A DNA stretch of 64,000 nt from NCBI GenBank assembly GCA_976226885.1, contig OZ320321.1, forward strand, positions 21,390,001 to 21,454,000, read 5' to 3'. The notes under the pieces were generated by a model, which saw nothing but the letters and a program-made list of their open reading frames with translations, was not told where the DNA came from and ran no database searches. A program made the translations under genes and the position numbers. Below, one piece after another: positions 1 through 12,663 of the stretch (position 1 is the stretch's first letter; each line of letters starts with the position of its first letter). The stretch is from Iphione sp. A-MEVVRFRX5 (lineage: Eukaryota).

Positions 1-1082
1 ACTGCTTGTCCTTGTGCATCACTAGGTTCATGATGTTAAAAATGTTGCTCACACCAACAGTCGTCAACCTTATGGTTTACCTCCGACCTTTCATTGTCTC
101 CACCGTTCCACTCACCATTGCCCCTAACGTTGCCCTCCCCGCTCTACATGAAGCTTTTCTACCTTTGTCTTTGCTAACGCAGTCGGCCACCGGAGATATG
201 TGCCGGCCAAATATGGACCACGTTGTATTTTACGTAAGCTTTTTGATAACTATATCGATTTCAAATATCATGCAAATATCAAATATCATTGCTTCTACGT
301 TTGCCTTTTTACAGTACCCATTTTCCACACAATGACTGTGTGTAATTTCGTCCATTTGGCCTGTGTGGTTCTTTTTATTGAGATCTTTCCTTTCCACCTT
401 TCTTCATGAAACAAAATAACAAATGTATTTGTCATACAGATGTAAAAAATGATTATTTATACTATAAAGGTTTACAGGGGACCTTTTTAAATCACCTATC
501 ACACTCCGTAAAGTCTGAACTTTGTAGCAAACACCAAACGTAAAGGTCAAATAAGGTAAGTGCAGTTTCTATATTAAGGGTAACGATATTCTATGATGAT
601 ATATTATGATTATCAGTTTTACAATACAGTGCATTTATATCTGAGTGAAGAAGTACGCCATACCAATTAGGTCCGATTCTTTCATATATTTTATATATGA
701 GAAGAATGTATAGACGATTGACGGCAGCTTGTACTCGTTCAACACGCATTCTCACCAAATGTCAGAAGACCCCCGCCCTTATACCTCTAACAGAGTCTCT
801 TGCATGGCTCACGGGTCCCCGATTTAACCTCTACGAGGATATGGGGTAGCCTCAAGAATGCCCCGTTGTCATCCCAGGTTAATCAACAGGCAGGTACGCA
901 CTGCATCAGTCATAAATTGATTATTGTTATTTTAAAATATCTTAACCTGACCCAAACCACATGTCGATTGTCATTCCATTATGAAATACGTACTGAACGC
1001 TCTCCTCACTGAAGACGAGGGCAATATACGAGTACCACTCCCTTAACAATGGTATTTCCGTTGGTCCCTTGAGTTGGACTTA

Positions 1083-1395
1083 GGCCTAGTAAAAATATTT
1101 CTGTTTTTCCAGTAACCCAACTCATCCTACATTTGAGCCAATTGCAACCTTTGATTTATTGTTCTGTGAATATCGTCATAAAGAATTATGCTATAGGCAT
1201 GGACATCATTTTATTGATTACATCATTAGATTTCATTTGGTATAAGTTTCTTTCAGCTCTAAGAAGGAAAACGAATATTACCACATGCATATGCTGTTTT
1301 GAGCTTTATTATCATAGAAAATAAAACAAACACCCACCGATCTACAAATCCAATAATTTTTCATCATGTTAGTTGAAACAGATATTTTTTATGCC
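1083..1395. mobile_element. PIF/Harbinger-like MITE, copy A (313 bp, more diverged)
   Basis: Left end tta|GGCCTAGTAAAAATATTTCTGTTTTTCCAGTAAC and right end GAAACAGATATTTTTTATGCC|ttc match the TIR pattern of 12383-12663. Confidence 0.6.
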
Positions 1396-3676
1396 TTCCG
1401 GTTGATTTCTGTACACCTTACACTCTACACAGAAAAGGTACTGTGTTACAAATAAATCTTGGCACCTCAACCATTAGACTTAACTAATACTCTGAAGTTA
1501 GATTGGCATTGTGCATTAAATTCTGATGCAGAGGATTTATAGGACGGGTTAAAATGTTTTACTATTTTACCGTAACATAATATAATGCTGTGTAAGGGAA
1601 AATTTACGGAAACCATCATGCTTTAAATCAACATTTTCTGTTCCATGGTATCTTATTCCACGAGGTTTCCAGTGACTGGTGTGTCTTGTCCTGCTGCCAT
1701 GGCAACGGTGTCTGGTGATTCTAAGCCAATCGGGCTGCTCTACGATAGTATTTATTTTGTTGAGACCTGACGCAGGTCACTAACCTTATTTCCTGTATTC
1801 AGCACCGCGTAGGTTTATTACCCGACGATGGAGCTTTATCAGAGTAGTGAAGCTTGCAGGGGGTTCCGTACGCGGTTAGGTTTCCATTTCCTTAGACACA
1901 TACAAATCTATCTCCCCTACCATAGTGACGAGCCTCATTTAAGTCAGAATAGATAATGGGAACCTTTACGTATTTATCATTTATATTAGTACCGACCCTC
2001 CGAACTTTTTTTCATACTCGTTGCCATATGGAGATCTATTGACCTGCTGACTGTGTTTATACAAATACATCCAGCTGTTTTATCTTACGATTGGTCCAGG
2101 GGTGTTATTTGATCTTACCACTGGCTGGGCAATGCACTCTCATCAGAAATCGGTCAGTTAGGATTTTTTTCATCCTTCAAACTTTCATGTAAGGAAAGGC
2201 CACCAGAAGGGATCGAGAGATTGTTATACACTGCCACCTAGCCACAAAGAGAATTTCTCACTCAGAGATTTAACCTCATCCAAAAATGCATACAGACGGA
2301 AGATCTTGCCATCGCGCCACGCGCTAAACATTATTATGTACATACATGTATGACCTGGTAGGAAAGGTCACTCATAGCAGATAGCAATCTGCATAGAATT
2401 CACCTCACCAGTTCAAGGACTCACACTAAATAAATGTTCCCAAGGGTGATTAGAAGCTGCCTTCCGGCCCCCCTTCATAACTTATCCGACAATACTCCTT
2501 GACTGACACAGTTTTTAGTTGCTCTTTGTTGAATTTTTATGATAATCTGTTTCCATATCCGACGAATCACTTATTCTTGACAAAGTTGAGAGGAACCGAA
2601 AATGTCGGTTATTGAGGGAGCACTGTACACCGAAATACCTACATGGTACATGATGAAACGTTATAGGCCGAAACTGCAAGAAATCTTCCCTTCCCAGGGT
2701 ATTATCCAATCTCGGAACATTTTAGGTGACCTTCTTAAAAAGATTGCCTCCACTATTTTCTATGCTGTGGAAAACATTATCAAAACAGGATAATTAACAT
2801 GTTTTATGGAGAGGTTTTGGCAATGTTTAAAAATTATAATGAAATTGAACTTTGGGTAATAATTATTTTTATCAGCATATTCTTAAGGTTACATAGAATA
2901 AAGCTTTAAAAACATCACGTTTAAAATGCTATTTCAAACTTTTCTACGTTTTGAGAGGAGATAAGATTCACAAGCGCAAAAAGGAGGTATATGTTCCCCC
3001 AAGAAAGCACAAAATCTACCAGGAAAGAGAAATCCTTGGTATCTATACAGGCCGGTAAGTATCAGGTAAGCTGTCACATACAACAAAATTGATTGGGATC
3101 TACAGATGATCACACATGGGTTCAAGCCAATTCAGCGTCCCTGACTGCACATAGATTGAGACACAAGGAAAGAGAGATGGGCACTTGTGTAAACGTAGCC
3201 GAAGGTCCATATTACATGGCTCAGGATCCTAAGAGCTTGAGGTCAGGGGAGTGCGTTCAGCTGTATTCAAAATCGGAAAGCATTCAATGATTGCAAACAC
3301 TGGGCTAGCCTCATCTATTATGCCGTGGGTCCCAAGGCTTATCAAATGAGTGATGTGTGAAACGTTTAAGTAAAAACGAAGACCGCGTTGGCTTTATCCA
3401 ATACTCATGACCTTTCAATCTTAAAGGAGTCTCCTTTAGCGAGTAGTAAATCTATATAAATTGATTACCGAAATATTCGCCGGTGCAGTTCGGTGACTGT
3501 AACACAATCAATTGCACAGATTTTCCCCGTTACCTGTGCACCACTGCTCTGAAACTTCTTCCGGTTATCAACTAACTCAAATTTGGGGATTCTGTCCGAA
3601 CCAGTCCAAATTAGTAACATCCTAGCTTTGTCTTCATTTTCTCCCACTCACTCTATCCCCCGACCACACACACTGC

Positions 3677-3740
3677 CTCTCTCTCTCTGTCTCTCTCTCT
3701 CGCTCTCTCTCTTTCCCTCTCACTCTCTCTGTTCGTCTCT
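3677..3740. repeat. (CT)n microsatellite, interrupted
   Basis: Visible dinucleotide run. Confidence 0.9.
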
Positions 3741-5580
3741 GTTACATTCCCTCCTTTACTTTGTTACTTTTTTTTCCTCCGCATATTTCCCTTCCTTAAG
3801 TCATCCTTCTCTACCTATTACACTAGTACATGTATGCCTTATGTGCGTTGCCCACGAAGGCGACGGAGATCATAGTCTCTGAAATGGAACAAATCGATAT
3901 AAGCGCTTTTTTCAAGTACAGGCAGAGAAAAAGGGGCGGGATCCACTTCTTCGGGGTGGTTAGCTTTGACTTCAGATGGTCAATTTGCTCGTCAGGCACT
4001 GAATAGTGGAGTCACAGAGGCCTGTGGCTTTTGATGGCGATGCACTACGACACTGACCACTAGGTGTAAAGCATACATGCTCAACATAGCAGGCATCGTG
4101 ACTAAATAACAGGCTCCACTTGTCCTTTCGAATCAGGTCAAAAGTGTCCAAGCTTTCGATATATGCCAAGATTTATGCCAAGATTTATTTACGTTGGGCA
4201 ATGTAATTAGAAGTTGTGTATGTAAATGGATTAGAAATTTTCAGTGAGCAATCTACTATACCATATTAAAATCAATGTTCTTTGCCATCAAAATATTGAT
4301 GAAATCTGACATAAAGATCTATGCCACTATCTCGCAGCCACCTCTAACTAATGGCCTGTACGTACTACTATATAGTTGAAGGCCATTTTTAGGACAACAT
4401 ATAATACAGGGAAGGCCATGTATTAGGGACAGCTATCTGAAAACCAGAACATTTTCTCTCTATATGGAAATTGGCCAAAAGTCAAGACGGAGTGGGGAAA
4501 TCGGTAAAACGCCAGTGGTGTTCAGACTCGCTGACACTCCGCTGCATTTAATGCCATCGTTCTACAAGCCCCAGGCTATAATACGGAAACTTAGTAATGG
4601 TGAGCAGGGTCTCTAATCCAGAAACAGTCCGTGCCCTTTGTCCGCTGGAAATATAAAGTGTAGCCGTGTGTCAAGGTGTTTATCCAGAGGGTATCGTTCA
4701 TAGTCGATACTACCGCTACATCCTTCCATATATGATAACGTGTTCCTGTCATACCAGTGTAGGAAGAGATTTTTATACTGAAGGTTTGCTCTGATATGCC
4801 ATAAAACCACTCCAGGAAGTATTAATATTGTTCGAGTGGGCCTTGCAAATCTAGCTCAACCTATTTTTCGTGAGGGTCAGGCTACAATTGGGAAAGCACC
4901 CTTTGACAATGTTGACACGACATTTGGATAGTGCCCTTCCCGGGACACCAAGGGTATAAACCTCGCAGAAAGATAGAGGTTCATATCAAACTGTGAACTG
5001 CAGTCCTTTATTCAGCCAGGAATGAATAAGAAATGACCTCATGTAATGTCAAAGTTTACAGCATGGCCTCATAATGATGTTTACACCATCCCTTATTTAT
5101 ATTCATTTAATTCTAACTCTCTATGCATACCGCTCTGAACGATAAAATCCTTCCATTAATGACAGCTTATAGTTTAAAGGACAATCTGAAGCAATAACAT
5201 ATGCATAACATACGGAATTTAAATCTTCTTTATTGGCCAAGGATTCAGATTATTATTTCGTGTCTTTCTGACTAGAAATTTTAAATTATTCTACCTGCAG
5301 GGAATGCCGTGATATGGACGTATTCAATCGAGGCTACAAGTTTTGGAGCTCATGCAGGTTTGAGGTGACTACTATTTTTATTCGCAAAGGCAAATGAGTC
5401 AGGCACACAAATCAAAGTGCTAGATATAGACACAAAATGGTTACCATAGAAATGGCGTTACAGATAGGTGCACTGGAGCGGTGTTTATATGTTCATATTC
5501 AGGCATGAGGTGCAAAGTTTTGAAATGGACATATCACAGGAATGTTAATGTAAGATGCCAGACAGAACACCACCGCGTGC

Positions 5581-6932
5581 ATTGATTGATTGATTGATTG
5601 ATTGAAATTGTCCATAGTTATCGGAAATTGAAATTATCCATAGTCTTCATAGTGGTACAAAGTTTTCCTGGTTAATACTTTACGTATGTACAGTACAGGG
5701 CATCACAAGGTGTGACTAATAGTAGTAGGTGTGATCATACATTCAAGGATAGGATGTGACATGCATGCTTTGGGTAGTAGTCCGCAATAGGTCAATCATG
5801 AATTAAGACAGTCGAGGAAGTTTTACCTATTTCAATTACAACGGCAATCAGGCAACACTGGCCACCATTTTGCAGTTTCATACATACTAATCAAGTTGTT
5901 TAGCACACCACACAGTATGCACAATACAGCAACCATGTGTTATCACAGGTGGGATAGTTGTAGTTATGGCAACAATCCAGCTGCAGTCAAAATTAATTTG
6001 CGCTTTCTTACATTCAACCTGGATTGTTATGACACTCATCTAAGTTTACACAAGAGGTCAATAGGTTTGCATGCAACACAATGTACACTAGAATATGATA
6101 CGTACTAGACAGGCATATCAGTATTATACTTGCATGCAGCTAGATGTGCTCAATGCCTCACATGTATTCAACAGGTATATTCTGTTTGGAATATTTTAGA
6201 ATGTTCTACAGTTCAAGATAGCAATCATCATTAGTACAAGTAGCATCCTGCATCATACCAGCCTCTCAGGACAGTTGCCCTAACCAAGTTACAAGGCAGT
6301 TGGACAATAGTAACGCCACCTGATGCAGTACACAGACATACAGAACATATATGGCAGGAGGTAACCGCTTTTGTATGACATTTGAACATATTGCTCTGCT
6401 TTGGCTTGCCCTACATATTCCGCCATTTCTGATGGCCCATATGCCGGGCGCCATACCCCTATAGCAAGCACTGACATGTGTGAGTGGTGCACCGGCTATG
6501 GCAGACCTTCCCCACTGGATAGCCCCCATAACACCCATGTGTAGTTTTATCTGGGGTGTGTTCTCCCACCTCCCACCAGTATTGGTAGTCCCTCTCCTGT
6601 CAATAGTCAAAGTCAAAGTCCAACGGGGCATGCGTCTGTCAATAATTCCAAGAAAGTGTCATTGTCTACAGCGTGTGTCTACCGTCTTGGCAACTTCTAC
6701 GCAACCTCTTCCAGGTTGAGTTCCGCAACTTTGGGGCCGACTTCATTGTAGTGGGCAGCGAGTTCCACTCCACCACTGCGCGGTATGTCAGGCTCCTTGC
6801 GAAGTACATGCTCCTCGGTCTGGGAAGCTTCACCCTTATTGAGGTTCCCCCTCTAGTCTTCGAGTGAGTATCCCTCAGGAGTAAGTTGAGGTGGACCTAC
6901 CGGTGGACAGCCATGATGGCCTTCTCGCATTC
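5581..6932 (-). mobile_element. 3' end of an older, related LINE (ORF2 C-terminus 6932-6666, ~1.1 kb 3' UTR, (CAAT)6 tail)
   Basis: Minus frame KAIMAVHR*VHLNLLLRDTHSKTRGGTSIRVKLPRPRSMYFARSLTYRAVVEWNSLP aligns by eye with KGICAIHKQITLGVIPLEDASRTRLGAGQRGQVMRPKSTKYAKSLRYMGVRCWNEIP of the 22249 ORF, with one in-frame stop at 6897-6899. (ATTG)6 at 5581-5604 is the same tail repeat on the minus strand. Linking that tail to this copy is inferred. Confidence 0.75.
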
Positions 6933-9520
6933 AATAGAGTAAAATTCACTAGGTTTGATTCCTCAATATATATTTCTAAAAGATATCTTTATACCGATGT
7001 GCACCCAAACATGAGTACTTTGTCTTATTTTTAAAAGCAGTATCACATCATAAACCCTGTAATTACCAGTATTTGCGAATGAAAATAGGCTTTCATGCGT
7101 GAAGTGAAAGTCATACTTTCCCAAAGCCCAACAAAGAGAGAGCAGGCTGATAAGTGCCATAAACACCACATAGCATAACCAACTCATGCATCACCAACTT
7201 TTATCATAAATAACTTTTACCATGACCTCCTTTCCTTTTCTTGTTTGAAGATGTGTACCACCTCTGTAAAACAATGAGTATGATATGAGGAACCATCCAC
7301 TGTTAAAGCATACACACATAACTTAAGGAAGATCTAGTGGTCTTTCTTTTACTCGGTACTTGTTTTAGGCAAAGAGTGCAAGGGAGAATAATAATGTATG
7401 GATAAGTTGGAAGATCAAAACAGGTCAATAAGAAATAGGCGTGATATGCGTTCACATCATCGTATGGTTCGGTTGGTAGGGGCAGTATTGGCCCACCTGT
7501 GCCAGTGACCAGAGGATCTGTATGTACTAGTTATTCCTAAAGTTGCTTATTTGTTGTGCGTGCCGGATTTGAGTATGGCCGGGGATGCTGGAAGTTGATA
7601 GCGTAATGAGTTATTGATGGTGTGAGTCTTCCAAAGCATGAGTTTACTGGTGGTCATAGGTGTTAACTGCATGAGGTGGTGGTGGTCGGAGTTGTTTGTA
7701 GCGTGAATTGGTGATGGTATAGCCTGAGACAGCGATAGCGTGAATTGGGCGGAACAAACAAGCATTGTTGATTATGTGGGTCGATTGCAGTGCACGTGAT
7801 TGGGCACCCTTCGTAGAGATCACGCGAGGGATCCCGTGATCATAACGAAACACAGACTCCTAGTAGTTTCCTTTGTCTAATCGGAATATGATTTTCACCT
7901 TAAGCCTGTTTATCAGGCGTTCTTCGGAAAAAAGCAAGCCTGCACCTGGTGAGGAGGACCGAGCAGTCAGCTGCCTTCAATTGCCTTCAGTTTGTCGCCC
8001 CCTCTTCCTTGCACACGATCTATTGCCTAGAGACCCACTTTCTACCGACTGCACTCCCTATATCCAATTAAGAAACACCAGATTCACCCTCAACTCTTAC
8101 ACCCACTGAATCCTTTCAAATTCAACCGCCGCGCACTGGCAACCAACGCCCCCCCCCCCCACTTCCCCCCAGCCCAACAACCTTCATTCCCACCCACTCA
8201 TACAACAGCAATCATCGGGGGATCCCATATCCAGACTCTAGTTAACTCTAAAACGTCCCTGACACAAGTAGGTGGAGGGGAATTCAGACGGGTGTTTGTC
8301 GACGTGCTCAGGATGGTCAATGGCGAAGGTTGGAACGCGGTGTGTTTCCATTTGTGGGCCGAGCTGAATGGGAATGGACTGTGACGGCGAGGGATTCTTA
8401 GGGGAGCGAATGCCAACGTTTCTTTTTTTCCAGGTTGGATCGAGGTTTTATTTTCGTGGTATCTAATGTTCCTGGACGATGCAGCATAGAACGTCGAACG
8501 AAATTCTTTTTCCCCCCTGGCCTCAGAGACAATGGAAGGTATAGTGATATAATCGAGTTTGAGTTGATGCTGAATTTTATTCATTATTTGTACAGATTAG
8601 CATTTAATGATGTCACGGTGTTGTAGTGCCTACCTGTCCTGCCTACCTATGAGGGTTTTCTCTGACGACCCAACGCACTGAACACTGAATTACGATTATT
8701 AACGAGCTAAAGGCACCAGGTACCACGATCTTACACACGTTCAATTGCTGCAGGGAGTAAAAGTAATGAATGGTCTGATTTAATTGTTAAAATTGAGGTG
8801 TTATGACGAAGAATTTGGACATTTATCTGTGATATGTGTACAGATATTAATTATAAAGTATACAGGATTTTATTTATTTAAAGTCCAGTGGTACCCTTAA
8901 GGGATTTCGGTCTAATGCGTTGACATTGTATGAGATAGGCAATATGAAATCATTCGGTGACAAACGAGATGAAGGGATATTGATAAGGATATATTTTCGT
9001 TCAGTTTACCCTGCCATATTGTATTCCCAAATTAAATCAAATGTATCCTCATGTAATCAAGCACCGAGGAGATTCCGTATCGCTGGTGAAAGGATATTGT
9101 TTTTTTTTCATTACAGCACCATTTGCAAATATCGCAACACTCCTCCATCTGTGGCAATAGGTCCAATTCACGCCTGTTGCAGCAACCAGAAACGTTATAC
9201 AGGCAGCAGTGGCAGCATCGCTCGGAGCCAGGTGGTCTATAGTTAAGGCTGCCAGACAGAGCTCTCCCCCTCTCTCCACAACCGGTCCCCCACCTTGATT
9301 TGTACCTAAATAGAGACCCACCGCTCGAGTTTGGCATCGATACCGACGTCAGGCACCTCGTGGTAGAGTGAGGAATCCAGCTGAGTGTGTGAAGTGAGAT
9401 AGACTGATGTATTAAAGTACATGTACCTGTTTCCCCATATACAAATTTCAATTTACGACCATCCCATCGTCTTATTAGCGAGTTTGGTCATAAATTAATC
9501 ATGATTCATGTAGAAATGAA

Positions 9521-9601
9521 CACTTCTGGTCCCACTCCAAGTGGTCGTATTGGTAAGAATGGTTGCTAATCGGAGTGGTCTCAAGTACGGTTTCCACTGT
9601 A
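9521..9601. mobile_element. right-end fragment of a related TA-targeting MITE
   Basis: Ends GTGGTCTCAAGTACGGTTTCCACTG|TA, similar to the right end GTGGTCTCAAACTGGCATTCGACTG|TA of the adjacent element. Confidence 0.45.
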
Positions 9602-9613
9602 CATCTAATTATA

Positions 9614-9787
9614 CAGTCGAATGCCTATTTGTTACCATACCAAAATGTGACCATTCTTGCTAATATGACCACCTGAGCTTGAAACAGAAATGCTAAATTG
9701 TTATGAATCTTTGAGCTATATGTGACTATACTAATATGACTACTTGAGCTCAGACCAGAGTGGTGGTCTCAAACTGGCATTCGACTG
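9614..9787. mobile_element. Tc1/mariner-type MITE (174 bp)
   Basis: Perfect 12-bp TIR CAGTCGAATGCC / GGCATTCGACTG, flanked by TA at 9612-9613 and 9788-9789. Confidence 0.8.
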
Positions 9788-10382
9788 TATATGTTTAATA
9801 TACTTATTGATGCAATATTTCTAGTGAACTACTCCCAGTACATCAATGAAGAACGCTCGACACCAATGAAACGTGCATAATCATTACTCCGAGTGCGTCT
9901 TCACACAAATGTTTTTACCAAAATTGTTCCTCGATCGTATGAACATCCACTTTTACGGTCAGACGATATTACAGACCAGAAACCCCCAGTTCACACTTCA
10001 GGTGTACCATTTGGTATCTAATATTAATAAGTTTCAATTAGCATCTAAATGACACTCCAGCTGTACTGTCTAGTAACCAATGTCAGTAACTATTCACTAG
10101 CTTTAAATTCACCCCCAGCCAGTACCATCTGATAACAAATACTTCTCGTTTCCTGTAGCCTGAAAAATTTCATAAATATACATAATGGTTCACTAGTCTT
10201 GAATTAAAAATTCGTGAATACTACATAGAAACTACTATTCCCGTCCGCAGCACAGATATAACATAGATACAACTCACACGTAGCCTCCGATCAATGAACA
10301 TCACCACACTAGGCATCCAGCTATCACGATCCATCACCGACAATCACAGTCCACCAAAAGCCACCAACACCTAAAATTGGCC

Positions 10383-10385
<3 letters not shown>

Positions 10386-10417
<32 letters not shown>

Positions 10418-10434
10418 ACACACATATATATATA
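10386..10434. repeat. (AC)15 plus (AC)/(AT) microsatellite
   Basis: Visible run. Confidence 0.95.
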
Positions 10435-12382
10435 CGCACAACTGCCTCAGCAAATCAGTCTTAAATTACTACTTTGCACAAAGTAACATCAACCATCGTC
10501 TACCACCATCCGTTACCAACCACATGCACCATCAGCACCACCACCCTTCACTTCTCGCCACCACCAAGCAGCATCCGTCAACCAGCAGCACCACTGTTTA
10601 ATCCAGGCACCCTCGACCATTCGAGGACCACAGCTGTATCTCGGACTGGTTTCATAGAGAGAGGCGGTGGGCAGATTCGGCTCTCCAGGTGACAGTAATT
10701 CTGGTGTGGCTCTGGGGGGGACACGGCGGCAGTGATTACTACTGTGGAGATGCCAGAGAACCGGCAGCGAGGGAGTGGGGGTGGGGGCAGTCTCTCCTGT
10801 TTTTTTTACTGGGCTCTCTGGGGCTTAGCTGCCGTGGAGCGGGTGGGGGGGGGGAGAAACCTGGAGGCAGGCATTTCGGTTTGAGAAGGGTTGGAGAACA
10901 GCGGAAGAGAGGGAGGCAAGAGGGACAGGTAGAGAGATGTATTGCGAAGGAAAAGAAAGGGAATGGAGAAGTAGAAGATTGGGGGGGAGGTACGTGAGGA
11001 GAAGAGAGGCGAACGATAGACGTTTAGGAGATAGACAGAAAAGGTAAGGAGAGAAGAATACAGACAAACAAACATACAAGCAGGAAAAAGGACAGGAGCA
11101 AATAACTGGTGGGTTTCGACTTTAGAGAGGCCGAGTATTTGTAATTGAATATTTTTGTGTATTTACAAATTGAATCAGTCCTAATTACTGTAAACATAGA
11201 CATCGCATTTGGGTTAGATCACTCAAAGATTACAATCTACCGTGGAAAAACGGTTTTATAAGGACGACCTTGGTTCCTTCCTATCTAGGAAGCACGTCGC
11301 TAACAATTAGAGACTTTGTATGTAAGAAATCCATTCTTTCTTTACTGAATGTGTCATAATGCCGGACAGGTCCTGACTAGATTGGGTCGCCCTCAGGTGG
11401 GTTCCTACGGTGTGGGTGACTCCGTTGTCTCAGGTTGTCTGCCCGGTAAGAAAAGCAAACCAAGAACAGGGTCATACATTCAGGTAATCGCGAAGGTTGT
11501 TCCAGGGGTATGTTGGGATGCTTACTTCGATCCGGTAAATTCAATCTAAATGGACCAATTTGGACCCAATATACCGTTCAGCAATTAAACAACATACTTT
11601 GAATCAGATGATACTAGCAAAGATAACTTTCTAATATGAGCACATTAAGTACCAACAAATCTTATGCACAATCATGGGAACTTGTATGACTGCAATATAT
11701 TGCAGAAACTTACATAAATGAAGCCTGTAGGCCTTCCACATGTCAAGGGCAAGAAGTAATTGCCTGTGCGAAATCGGGCTTACATACTAGTTACTATATC
11801 ATTCCAAAATAAGACGCCTTGAAAAAGGTGGTGTCATCAAGAGATGAATTATATTAGACTTTTGCTCTCAGTATCCCTTTCAGGATGAATATGACAGGCA
11901 CAGAATATGACTAATATTAATACTCTTGCCATTATGGGAACACCTTTCCACACAGTTTTTTCATAATAGTTTGGCTTTTTCCGTGATATCAAACGTAAGA
12001 GGGTTGGTGTTACATCGCAAAGATACACCTTCTCAGCATTTATAAGGCTTAATCTAATAACATGAGCTGCTTTAGGAGAATACGCTGCTCCTCTGGTCTT
12101 GGTAGCTTTTGCTAAGGTAGACCACTGGGACACGAAAGTTCCTCCACAGTATGTGATGAGACCCTGAGGGTTGAATGTTTGTGAATACATTTCTATCTCC
12201 CCTCTATTCCTTAGACCCCCTTATAAGATAAGTCTTTTAGCAGTACTCCGATCCGTGGACTACAGCTGGATAAAGCTGTTATAATAATGAGATTCTAGTC
12301 AAAGGACTTGGATCAAGCTACCGAAGTAACAGCATAGACCAAGAGTTGGGGCAACAGGTGGATAAAACACTTGCAGTAATAA

Positions 12383-12663
12383 GGCCTAGAAAATAAATTT
12401 ATGTGTTTCCGGTAACAAGCCCCAGAAAGAGAGGATTGGTTCGTAGATATTATTTTTTAAATTTTTCTTTGTTTTCAATGTCAATTCATGCTGGCAAGAA
12501 GAAATGTGTATGGTTACATCACTTCACCTATTTAGATTTTAATAAAACTTATATCAAATGAAATTTCCAAGTTATTCAAAAAACAAGAAAAAACACTTAC
12601 AATTGGCTATAATGTATAGGGTTGGTCGTGTCACCGGAAACACAGATATTTTTTGTTTAGGCC
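12383..12663. mobile_element. PIF/Harbinger-like MITE, copy B (281 bp)
   Basis: Termini GGCCTAGAAAATAAATTTATGTGTTTCCGGTAAC ... GTCACCGGAAACACAGATATTTTTTGTTTAGGCC are imperfect TIRs, with TAA on both sides. Confidence 0.75.

Noticed and set aside
805-850. CACGGGTCCCCGATTTAACCTC, resembling a SINE central domain
   Set aside because: Too short and diverged to support without a library search.
2515-2709. QFRPITFHHVPCRYF, resembling LINE RT RPI(S/T)L
   Set aside because: Single short motif without supporting neighbours. It overlaps an alternative plus-strand interpretation.
3465-3647. GENEDKARMLLIWTG, resembling Gypsy gag
   Set aside because: Only a vague motif, with no adjoining LTR, protease or RT.
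4613-4810. NLFLHWYD...YERY, resembling Penelope RT
   Set aside because: The catalytic DD is absent and the similarity is too weak.
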